Positions 26,756 to 38,011 of a DNA stretch of 64,000 nucleotides are shown one piece after another. Below the pieces are notes generated by a model, which did not search any database, was not told where the DNA came from, and worked only from the letters and a program-made list of their open reading frames with translations. Positions within the stretch are counted from its first letter, which is position 1. Every line of letters begins with the position of its first letter. The translations under genes were made by a program, and so were the position numbers. The DNA comes from Toensbergia leucococca (taxonomy: Eukaryota), in contig JALDZS010000005.1 in NCBI GenBank assembly GCA_022813965.1, positions 1-64,000 on the forward strand, read 5' to 3'.

Positions 26756-27459
26756 ATAGACGGAGATATGAGGAGGGTAGTGTGAGGGCGTTTGGAATGG
26801 GAGGGGACATGGAGCTGGGGGCTTGTCCAAGGGCGTTATTGTGGAGTACTTGCACCTCGTTTTGGCATGTACATGCAGCGGCAGTAGAGTAATCTTCTAA
26901 CTGTTTCTCTCTCTTGCGTTGCGACCCCACCCGCCCCACTCATCTCCACCCGTGCCACGCGAGCTTTCGAGGATTCAACACCACTCAAACCCTAAAAAAG
27001 CCACACATACCGCCCAAATTCTCTGATTGGTCACCAGACCAAATCCGCAATTTAAAGATCGGGCTGCATCAGGCGTGGGGAAAAAGCAGGTTCTGTGACC
27101 GCAAACACACATCCTGCTCACGAGTTATGGGCGGCTTGATCGGCTGAAGATCACTAGAGAACGTGGGGGCTTGACCGTGAGTTGGGAGGTTGGGTGGGGG
27201 CAATACGCGAGCTAGAACATTGAATGTAAATTAATTGGAGAACCATGGAAGTCGTGGAAGTATAGGTTCTTTGTATCTACGTGCGTTGCGCAGACGTGCG
27301 CAGCGCAAGAAAAGTTGGAGGTAAAATGCTTCCGGACACGACATGCAAAACAAAACTAGAGTGCTCAAACGCCTTCAAATGCAACAATTCCCCCAAGCCC
27401 AAACCAATAAACTGGCAGAACATCTGACTCGCAGTCCGTGGGTATCCAACGCAAACGCA

Positions 27460-29491
27460 TCACCGTCTGTAACTCTCGGCACTAATATTTCTAATTCCAT
27501 CTTCTTCCTTCCCGCGATTGAACCAACCCATCCAGCTACCTCTGTTGGCCGCCTTCCTCTTCGCAGCATCTTCTTCTTCAGGCGTACGCACCCCTCCGGC
27601 ATGATACCCGCTTTCCATTTCTCTATTCTCTTGGACTAGTCGTAAAGGTCGCAGTTTGCTCTGCGTCATGACTGCTCCTGTATAGTTGGACGGGGCAGCA
27701 TTGTTCCTTCGGGAGCTCGCTGCGCCGTCTTCGCCACTGCCGTCGCTGAAGGTACTGGTGGAGCTGCTCCCCGCATTGTCACTTGCTACACGAGCGCCGG
27801 ATGGCGCTCGAGATGTTGTGGTCGAATTCCAAGTACCTGCTGAAGGTGAAAAGAAAGACGTTCGTGGGGTTGTAACATTAGGACTTATACCTGGGCTCAT
27901 TTGTCCTGGAGACCCGCTTAACGGTGGGCCACGATACATCTGGTTCACCAAGGATCCGCCTTGAGGCATCTCGGACTGTGATCGTCGATGACTGGCCTCC
28001 CGAATCAGTGGCGTGCGACTGATTGGAATAGGGGCAGGTTTGGGGGGATCTTCAGTCGTTGTAGGGCTCGGAGCAGTTGTAGACGGTGGCAGGAACATCT
28101 GGCTTACGGGCCTGGAACGACGCCCGGGGCCTTGAACGACTGACCTGGCCCTCTGCAGCATCGAAGGGATCGCTGCATCGTCTTTGGGAGGTGGAGGAGG
28201 AGGGAGATCCTTATCTGTATTAGCGGATTTGGTTTGAGGTGATCCGGACATCAGATCAGATGTCTTGTCTAGGATGTTCTCAAAGTCTTTGTGTTGTAGT
28301 AGACGGCCGATGATATTTTCGATATAGAGAGTCAAAGCCTTGTTTTGGTCCCTCAATGACTTAGCCTCAACTTCTAGTCGACGATGATTTTCGTTCCCTC
28401 CTTCAGCAGATTCTAATTCTTCAGCCAACGATCCAAGCCCAGAGGGTTTGCTATGTGACACTTGCATGAAATCTGCACCGTTGAAGTCTCCGCTTAAAGT
28501 CTTCTCACTAAGCAAGAGCTGGAAGCTTTCGTTATCTTCCATTAGTCGAGCGTTCAGCGTACGAGTCTCAAGGAGAGCCTTCTCCAATTCTTCTATCCGA
28601 TCCCCTCCCACATTTTCCATGTCCACGAGCTTGATCTGAGCTTCTGCTAATTCTAAGCGTAGTGCTTCGATCATCTTGTCCTTTTGCATAACCAATTTCG
28701 AGGTATTCCTTGATTCACTGCGCTGGAGCGATAAGGGAGGAGCAAATTGACCATTCTCGATATCGGGAGATGATTTATTTAGGAAACTCGCTACTTCATA
28801 GTCAGAGGTGATTCGGAAACAATACTCACGTCTTTGACTCACGTGATCTTCCTAATCCTCCGCCTTCATCAACATTCATGCGCATCTCCCGCTGTGCCAA
28901 CGTGTCTTTCAGTCGCTGAACGGAAGTCTGGAGCTCTTCTTGCTTTATGTCCTGCTCGGCTTTATCACGCACCATGGTTACACGCTCTGACTCGTAGATG
29001 CATTCCATCTCTCGTCTCTGCCGCAAAGCATCCCGCGTCTCGCTCTCGAGTTCTTCTATCCTCTCGTTATCCTCTTGAAGCCGCTCCTCCAATTTCCCCT
29101 GTTCATGGATTGCATCACCCAAGCGGGTTTGCAGCATAGCCAATTGACGCTGGTATTCTTCAGATGCCAGCTCCGCTTTGCGCTGGCGATCCTTGAGCTC
29201 TTCAATCAAGGCGGCGGTCTCGGCCCTTGCATCGTCCTCGCTTGTGTCATCTGAGACACTGGGCAGATCTAAGGTGTTTCCAGCAGGACTTGGCCGCTTC
29301 GATACGTTTCTCGTAGACCTTGAAAGGCCACTGATACCTCGAATGGATTGAGTCCTTCCGATTCCCTGTATATTTGATGACAACGATGATGAGGGTCGTC
29401 GGGAGGGAGGCGAAGGAGATAGATTGGGGGGTGTTGAGGTTCGCTGGCTCATCATGTGTGAGGATGGAGCTGGTATGATGGCCGCAGACAT
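27460..29491 (-). CDS. Fungal coiled-coil protein of unknown function
   Basis: Two long ORFs joined by a GTGAGT..TAG intron (28842-28791); heptad E/L/K/R-rich segments, NARLMEDNESFQLLLSEKT and DQNKALTLYIENIIGRLL. Confidence 0.8.
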
Positions 29492-30643
29492 AGATGTGCC
29501 TTACGATGCTGTCTTTGGCGTGATGATCCAAAAGATCGAAAGACTAGTGTTACAGTGTGTTACAAGATTGAGGGTACGGAGTAGGCACGTTGATATCGGT
29601 AGAGGGAAGCTATACAAATTCGACGTAGGTAACGATGGACGAATGCCGGCTTCCAAGTTGATTCAATCGATGTGAAGCCAAATTTATTCGAACATGGCAC
29701 GTGCTAGTTGCCATATAATTCCCAATGGGCTGGACTCATGCAAGATAAGGTAGTGTTGCAGTGGGGACATGAGAGGCAGGCGGAGGAAAGACATGGCAGA
29801 TGACCAGTGGCACTTCCATAGAGGTTGCAGGATGAGGATGGATGATTAGTTGGCATATGACGCAGAGAGATATTAATTATAGAGAGCTCGAGGGCTGCTC
29901 CATGAGAGTAACATGGGGCTGTGACAGGAAAGCGTGCCAATACGCGTATCCATACGAGCTGATGCAAACACTGCAAACCTGAGGCTGAGGGCTGAGGGAG
30001 AGAGAGTTTCCCGACGGCGAAGTCTTTCACAAGTTGTCTTAGGGTACGGAAACGGAGTACTCGTAGAATACAACTACTCCATAGTTGCGGACTTTGCCAT
30101 GCAGATGGGGCTTGGTTTTACGCGAGGGAAGCTTTCAAATCTTCTACAATCCCGGCGGCGTTGATAATCCAAGTGTCTTTAATGAAGCAGGAGCTTGAAA
30201 TCCTCGACTTGCATCTACTTCCGCCTTCTTCTTGGCATACGGACTGTTAAATGTTTGATAGAGTACTTATGAAGTAGAGTACTCATGCCGTCTCATACAG
30301 GCCCTTGACGTAGATATTAGTCACAAGCTGCGAAGTACCTCTTACTTTCTGTCTCAGAAGTCAGTATATCAAGCCATAGTGATGAGAGCAAGTTTGTGAT
30401 CGAGAAAGTTTCGTTATCACTAAACCACGGAAGATACTCAGCACCGAGCACCGTCGCTTTAGGGTAGGGTTTGCATTCTAAACTCTAAGCGAAAGCTTAC
30501 CTTATTCTAGCGTGTGGGCGAGGGGCGGTGATTTGCAATCACCTTGTGAGTCAATCCACACTCGTATAAGTATCCTCTCCCTACACAGTATCATCTTTCC
30601 AGTATCGTTCGCAGGAAGTGCAACTCTAAGACTACGAATTACG

Positions 30644-31563
30644 ATGGCTCGCCGCCCAGCAAGATGTTATCGCTACTGCAAGAACAAGGTGCGTTGCGGT
30701 TCAGAATTCGATGCTAGATTGACAAGAGGATACTTGCTCAAACCTATTTTTTTGCCTATGACTACACACCTACGATAGAACTGTGGAATCTCAGTAGACT
30801 AACTTACCGTGACAGCCATACCCCAAGTCCCGATTCAACCGCGGTGTGCCCGACCCTAAGATTCGAATATTTGATTTGGGCCGCAAGCGCGCCAACGTTG
30901 ATGAATTTCCTCTCTGCGTACATATGGTATCCAACGAATACGAACAGCTGTCGTCCGAAGCTCTAGAAGCCGCCCGTATCTGCGCCAACAAGTCGGTTCA
31001 CCGCCAATCCAGTCTGCTTCCGCGTTTAGTCTCTAACACAATTATAGATATCTAGTCAAAGTCGCCGGGAAGGAAGGGTTTCATTTAAGAGTTCGTGCGC
31101 ACCCTTATCATGTCGTCCGTATCAACAAGATGTTGTCATGCGCCGGCGCCGATAGGCTGCAAACCGGAATGCGTGGGGCTTGGGGAAAGCCCAATGGAAG
31201 CGTTGCTCGAGTAAACATTGGTCAAATTCTGCTATCCGTCCGAACCCGTGATACTCGTGAGTACCTACCGCCGTGTATTTTCTCGCAAAGTAGAGAACGG
31301 TGTTACTGAAAAGTAGGACAACAGATCGTGCTACGGCAATTGAGGCTCTCCGTCGCTCGCAATACAAATTTCCCGGCCGCCAAAAGATCATCGTCTCCAA
31401 GAACTGGGGTTTTACCCCTCTACGTCGTGATGAGTACCAAGAGAAGCGCGCTGAGGGTAAGGTCAAGATCGATGGCGCATACGTGCAGTTCTTGAGGAAT
31501 AAGGGACCCATCGAGCGAAACGTTGGGAGATTCCCTGAAGCGTTTGAGACTGCTGAAGCATAG
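30644..31563 (+). CDS. RPL10: 60S ribosomal protein L10 (uL16)
   Basis: [66 protein letters not shown]; three GT-AG introns. Confidence 0.98.
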
Positions 31564-32776
31564 GAGTTCTTGGTGTAGACGAAAATGGATGGAACAGAGG
31601 AAACCACTTTTTAGCTGACTCTAGATAGCTAGAAAGCGCAATGAAAAGCTGATGAATTAAAGCCAACATTTACTGTCCAAATGCCTGTAGTAGGCTTAGA
31701 AGAATAGCTTATATGGCTACCAACAGCAACAACCCTGTGATTCGACTATCCACAGAACGTCCAAAATGCCTCAACTCTCAAGTCTCAAATCAAAAATCCT
31801 ACCCCCTCACCACCCACCTTTTTGTACTCTCTTCTCTCCTCTCGCAGCAAAGCTAAACCCTAAATTTCTCAATTCATTGATCCCAAGCCCCAACTCGAGT
31901 GCTTGGAGGCCCCAACAATTCCTTCTCAGGATAATTTTAAATCTTCCCAGTATTCATCCCAGCTGCCAGCATGGCCGCACATCATCCCTCTCGCGATACT
32001 AGAAAGTACAACTCCTGGTACCTCTTTAGTGCAGCCATGTAAACGCCAATTCCTCCCCTTGTTTTCGACTTGGTAGAAGCTTTGAGGTTCGAGCGGGCGT
32101 CTATCACAAGAACACATAGAAATGTTCTCCACACAGAAGCCAAGATTTGCTGACAAGGGAAGCCAATGACTTCATCCTTGCGAGAGCAAAGAGTCTCAGG
32201 TGCTGAGGTCGCGATATGGACTACGAGATTAGCTGAGAGTAGTGAAAGTGGGAATCCTAGATGTTATGAGGCAGGTTCGGATGTCGATGTCGCTTGACGG
32301 AGGAGACAAACGATGATGTGATTAGTTGACGGTAAATTAGGTAGGTAGAGACTATCGGTCAGTAGATTGATTACCCTATCTTCTGATTCTCAAGGTGGTC
32401 AACGTAGTTATCGTTCCAATGCAATGCTCGCGAGGAAATAATGTGACCAAATTAGCAATTACTTTTATGCTCCTTGTCCAGCTTTCAGCCTGTCTAGGTG
32501 TCTTAACTGTCTAGGTGTCTAATAGCTTCATCGGATATCTCTCCGTTTTCCTTTCAGGAAGCATCAGAAAAAGCCAACTTTTCTACCATGCTCAAAGCAA
32601 ACATGGATTTTGCATCCAAGCAAGAAAACAACTAAGATCTCCACATTCTACCACTCTAGCGCTTTTTCTCCTGCATCAGTGAAGAGCGTTCGTTATCAAG
32701 GCATAGACTGTATCGGCGTTAGCGACGAGCAGAGATATTGGTCAACATCTTAATACATACCAAAGGCAATAAATGC

Positions 32777-33609
32777 CTAAGACGTGGAATCGACGTCGCG
32801 CTCCTCAACCTGCTTCTTGGGCCAGGTCCATTCAAAGTCCGATACCTCATCGACGTTGACACCGCGCTCCTCAACTTCTTTCTTAGGCCAGGTCCATTCA
32901 AAGTCCGATACCTCATCGACGTTGACACCACGCTTAGAGCTAAACTCGAGAGCGGTACGCTTGTGAGGTTTCACAGGACCAGGACCGAGAGAGGGTTTGC
33001 CTTCATCGCGCTTGGCGATATAGAAGTCGCAACATGTATCGTCGTCCTCGGCACGAGCCTCAATAGTCTCCGGGGTAGGGTGTTTGATATCTATCGAAGA
33101 GAATTAAATATTAGTGGGTGCTTCGGACGAAGGTGAGCGTAAGATGAGACGGTAGAGGAGGTGAAAAATGACGCAGTGAAACAGAAATTGGGATACTATG
33201 GAAAGGAAGCCAACACGAATTGGAAAAAGAACAAGCCGGTGAAGAAAACTAAAAAAGGAGTTATATCACTACGTGACTTACATGGGGCCGGGGCAGCTTC
33301 ACGCTTTATGGGGTATCCGACCTGACCATTAGGAAGCTCGACGACGGTGGCTTCTATACAGTCATAAGCCCAATGCTTCGAACAGAGGAGGCTATGGCAA
33401 TATACCTTGGGCTTCACGCTTTATGGGGTATCCGACCTGACCATTAGGAAGCTCGACGACGGTGGCCTCTATATATGTCATTAGCTCGATATCTCGAACA
33501 GACGAGGCTATAGCGATGTACCTTGGGCAATGGGAATAGGAAGTGCAAGGACACCAGGAAGACCAATGGCGGCCGAGCCAAGCAGGGCAAGAAGAGTGAT
33601 TGATTTCAT
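32777..33609 (-). CDS. Secreted Kex2-processed repeat protein (KEP) / multi-peptide prepropeptide, 178 aa, 4 exons
   Basis: Exons 33609-33522, 33468-33406, 33353-33282 and 33090-32777, all with GT..AG phase-1 introns, splice to one 537-nt ORF. It has a signal peptide, five KR sites, EA/AP dipeptide spacers and two kinds of duplicated repeat. Confidence 0.85.
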
Positions 33610-34095
33610 CTTGACGAGTTGATGGGGTGTATGAAAGGATCTGTAGGTGTATTAGTAGATGCCTGCAGCTATGCTTTGGTAGGTTGATAAGAAGACGTGG
33701 ATGAAGAGACAAGGGACGTAAAGGAAGACACAGTCTGAACAAGTGGTGAGGCAAGTGAAGCACAATGGGATTGTGGGAAGCGGAAGCACCAAGGTATGGA
33801 AGTACTGCGTGTGCTGTCCAAAGGTAGACGGACGTTGTGGAAGCAAGGGAAGGTAGAGGGGCAAGATGAAGATAAAACAGTGTAAAGACGAAAGAGCAGG
33901 CTTTGAGTACGGGATAGTCCTTACTATTGTTGTTTGCAAAAGATCGAAATGATTGTGGTGGAGTATTCGGAGCCAAAGGAAATGAGGGAATACTTGACAG
34001 AAGAAAGAGAAAGTTGGGTGCGAGTGTGGGAGTTTAAGTACTTGAGCCGGGTGTCCATTCACTCAAAATGAATTGCGTGATTGTTCCCTCAGTAA

Positions 34096-34168
34096 ATTCA
34101 CTGTAAGGCGGTATACCTTATTCACTGTAATGCGGTATAAGGTACCTCATTCACTGCAATGCGGCATA
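34096..34168. promoter_or_regulatory. Three 20-bp direct repeats ATTCACTG(T/C)AA(G/T)GCGG(T/C)ATA upstream of the KEP gene
   Basis: Copies at 34096-34115, 34120-34139 and 34149-34168. The regulatory role is inferred from position only. Confidence 0.5.
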
Positions 34169-34927
34169 TGCTCAAGGAGATATGACTAATATGACATTCA
34201 TGAATTGTCAGGTGCCGAAGGATGGCAGGGAAATGAGCCTCCAGTACAAAGGTTGATGCTTTGAAGCTACAATTATAATGATAATCACACAAGAAAAGTG
34301 ACACAAGTGCCGCACAGAAGACCTTCAAGGACTCTTGATCTTGTATAAGCTTTTGAGGTGGTGTGGGTACGTAGACCACCAGTCGTTGCGAAGGCATGTA
34401 ACAGTTTCTTACAAAGTAGTACACATCGAGACAGATGATGTCTAGATAATCCTTTCAAGTGGAATCAGACTCGATGTGTAGATCACGACCAGAATCTGTC
34501 GTCTTTGCAAGCTTATTGGAACGGGGTTGGTGGAAGCTACAGCAAAGAATACAAACAACAATTCAGTCTTGTAAGCAACACTGCTTACCTCCCGCCTGTT
34601 ATCACGTCCTGAAGCTTTGCCCAATCCTTAGTCCCTCATCTTCTTGGAGACTCATTTCACGTTAGTCGTACACCAAATTCCCGTGTAGGTAGTGAATGTA
34701 ATACACGGCGTCTCCGTTTTCATAGAAATATATCGAGCCTTAGAATTATCATTGACTCAAATAAATTCACGAATGCCATCAAGCAAATATGAGGTTGAGG
34801 AGGTGAGGTTGTATGTTGCTATTCTGGCACTTGTCTCATTATCGATATCACCGTGATCTAATATACTATGATCAGGATCAATCATACATAGTGTTGATGA
34901 TGCGAACGATATTACTCCGTATGAGTA

Positions 34928-36864
34928 CGGAGCCGTGATCCAAAAGTATTCGGACACGCTAAAATCTAGCGTCTACAGGGATTCCTAGCGCGCACAATAG
35001 GAAAATCTCAATTCTATTCCATTTTCCTAATTTTATTCCATTTTCCTCATCGAACCGTGGTTCCTCAAGGGTTTTTTTTTCATCATTTTGACGTTCTTTT
35101 GTAGCCTATCATGTTCCATGCTCAATCATCATATTAGTCTTGCAGAGAGAGCGCAAGCGTTGGCCTTGCTGAAGTATGAAATCTCTATTAATTCAGTCAT
35201 CACTTATACTGAATTCTCAAGAAGTCATCTATATGAGATGAGGAAGAAGGCTAAAGATTGTGGATTTAACTCATCTATTTCTGCTATCCTCAAAGATGAG
35301 TATCTCACTGAAGCACCCTGAACAGGCCATCCTATGAAGGCAACACTGAAACTAGAAGCAAAGCTTCTATCACTTATCACAAGAGATCAGTATGAACGTG
35401 AGAAAACAATCACTCAATTGACTAGTGAGCTTGATGTATCTCAACAGACAATTGAACGGTCTCTTCAGCGTAAGGATTGTGAAAAATGCAAGTCTAAAAA
35501 GAAGCCTGATCTCACAGCAAAGATGAAATTGACTCATCTACAATTTGCAATAGAACACAAAAACTGAACACTGAATGACTGAAAGTGTGTAATTTGAACA
35601 GATGAGACAAGCGTGATTCTAGAACAGAGAAGGGGGGCTGTACAGGTATGAAGGACTGTAGCAGAAGGTCACAATCCTCAGCTGGCTCCCGCTACTATTT
35701 GAAATAGATGAAAAGAATGCTCAGAATTCATGTTTTGAGCTTCCTTCTGTTATGATAGAAAGGGTCCTATGCATTGCTGATCCTCAGAAACTGCAAAAGA
35801 AAAGAAGGCCTCCGTTCAAGATCTTAAGAAAAGAAATGAGGAATTGAAGCCGGAAATGAAACGATGATGAGAAATCACTAATGAATTGACACATCTTTCC
35901 TTACAAAACCTTCCTGATATAAAGCTCACATGGAAGTTCACAAAGGAAACGGAAAAGATGATACGCAATTCAAGGGGAGGAATTGACTGATATCGCTATC
36001 AACAACTGATTCTCAAACCCTTGTTAATTCCCTTTGCTCAGAAGTGTTAAAAAGAGTTAGGTATGCCGATGATCATACAGGAGGATGAAGCTGAGCCTCA
36101 TGCTTCTCAACATCAACACAGGGTTTTTATGAATGCTAATATTCTTTGTCTTCTTTGACCTGGTAACTCACCTGATCTCAATATGATAGAACCTTGTTGA
36201 TATCATATGAAGAAGGAGACAACAAAAAAAGGACCGCCTGAAAATCATCTTATTGCAAAGAAAGTCTGGACTAGGGCATGAAATGAATTATCACAGAAGA
36301 CTATTCAGGCTTGGATTGAACGAATGCCTAGACATTGCGCCATGATCATTGGATTGAAAGGAGGAAATGAGTATAAGGAGGGAAGATTTGATGTTGATAC
36401 ATGATCAAAAGAGGGAAAAAATCTTGCCATGTGAAGGGAATTGCAGGCTATTCCTGATGATATTCTCGATGTTTTTCAGCCGTCCCCCCCTAGGATAGCA
36501 AAAACTCTTCGCTCCTTCTCCTCCTCATCTTCCTCCCGATCCCGAATGGAATATAATCGTAGGACTCCCACTCCGGAGCCATTGACTCCACCCCCCCCAA
36601 GACGGGAACTCGAAAAACAACCCCAAAAACAACCCCAAAAGGCGGAGATCACGATCACCGCAGCGAGTTCAAGGCCTAGGAGAGGTCAATAGTCATCATA
36701 CATACTGTATATATCTATATAAGTATCCCACCTTATGATACTATGATTTGTATGCGTTCCAATAGGGAATTCGTCAATTCAATGAATAGAATGGATGTTA
36801 GGGCTGAGAATCCCTGTAGACGCTAGGTTTTAGCGTGTCCGAATACTTTTGGATCACGGCTCCG
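34928..36864 (+). mobile_element. Full-length Tc1-family DNA transposon (DD34E), transposase inactivated
   Basis: 57-bp TIRs with one mismatch (CGGAGCCGTGATCCAAAAGTATTCGGACACG..); TA at 34926-34927 and 36865-36866. Transposase frame ~35118-36692 has I*TDET, QED (D at 36084) and *PGNSPDLNMIE (E at 36189, 34 residues between), with many in-frame stops. Confidence 0.95.
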
Positions 36865-36952
36865 TACGAGTACCTAGATTCCGACGCATACTCACATCAT
36901 CGGCAGTGAGAACACAGCCCTTACTTTCCCCCGAAGCCCAGGGACCTCCAGG

Positions 36953-38011
36953 ATGGCCTCCAAGATCTTTCCCTGCCTCTGCAGGACAATTACACGATCC
37001 TCACAAACAACGTCACGACCGCAATTCCGTACTATAACCTCAACAGCCCGCGCCTCAAGTGAAGCTCTCCAAGTCGTACGTAGTTCGGCCTCCCTCTCAC
37101 CACTGCACTGCTACCTCTTTGTCCACTCTCACTAACCTTGAAGCCTTATCCAGCATCGCGACAGCGCCTCCAATAATCCCTCCATCCCCTTCTCTTTCAA
37201 CGCCATCAACCAGAAGCTCATCGCCGAGATCCTAAAACGCTACCCTCCTCAATACAAAAAGGCCGCCGTCATGCCCCTCCTTGATCTCGGCCAACGGCAA
37301 CATGGCTTCACAAGCATCAGCGTCATGAACGAGGTAGGCCGTCTGCTGGGAATGCCGCCTATGCGAGTTTACGAGGTGGCAACCTTCTACACAATGTACA
37401 ACCGGGACCCAGTGGGGCGATTCCATCTGCAAGCTTGCACCACGGTATGTCTGTGCCCTGCCATGTTCTTGCACCTCTCCTTACTCATTCGCAGCACAAA
37501 ACTAACAAATCCCCAGACACCGTGCCAGCTCGGCGGCTGTGGCTCCGACGCCATCATGAAAGCTATCGAATCTCACCTTGGCATCCATCCCGGCCAAACG
37601 ACCGCCGACGGCCTCTTCACCTTCTCCGAAGTAGAATGCCTCGGTGCCTGCGTTAACGCCCCCATGGTCCAAATAAATGATGACTATTACGAAGACCTAA
37701 CCCCCGAGTCCACCGTCACGCTTCTCAAAGCGCTACAAGCGTCCGCTGAAGCCACCGGCGCTGCGGGCGGAACGGCTGGAATCGGAGGGAAGTCGACGAC
37801 GGGAATGGGAAGTATGCAGGGAGAGAAAAGGGGGCAGGAGGGGGCAAAGGTGGAGGAGATGGCGGCGAGGACGTATGTGGCCAAGGGGGCGACGTTGCCG
37901 AGTCCAGGCCCGATGAGTGGGAGGAAGACTTGTGAAAATTCGCGGGGGTTGACATGTTTGACGGAGGAGCCGTGGGGAAATGAGAAGATGAGGACGGATG
38001 GTGCGCTGTAA
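36953..38011 (+). CDS. NDUFV2: NADH:ubiquinone oxidoreductase 24-kDa subunit (2Fe-2S), mitochondrial
   Basis: Arg/Ser-rich presequence; [71 protein letters not shown]; two introns. Confidence 0.97.

Noticed and set aside
30689..30815. Intronic snoRNA in RPL10 intron 1
   Set aside because: No convincing C/D box pair or H/ACA structure seen by eye; a covariance-model search would be needed.
32798..33521. CRISPR-like direct repeats
   Set aside because: Eukaryotic coding tandem duplications in frame with a protein; no repeat-spacer structure or cas genes.
32777..33609. Alpha-type mating pheromone precursor
   Set aside because: Shares the KR-EA layout, but the repeats lack the two-Cys WC..GQ.CW-type pattern typical of Pezizomycotina alpha pheromones and are heterogeneous.
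33392..34062. 194-aa and 136-aa minus-strand ORFs in the track
   Set aside because: They run through the pyrimidine-rich 5' leader and intron 1 of the KEP gene; only the exon-2 portion is credible coding sequence.
35118..36450. TGA-as-Trp genetic code or mitochondrial insertion
   Set aside because: TGA also replaces Arg codons, a TAA stop occurs and some TGG remain; neighbouring genes use TGA as stop. Transition mutagenesis of a transposon explains it.
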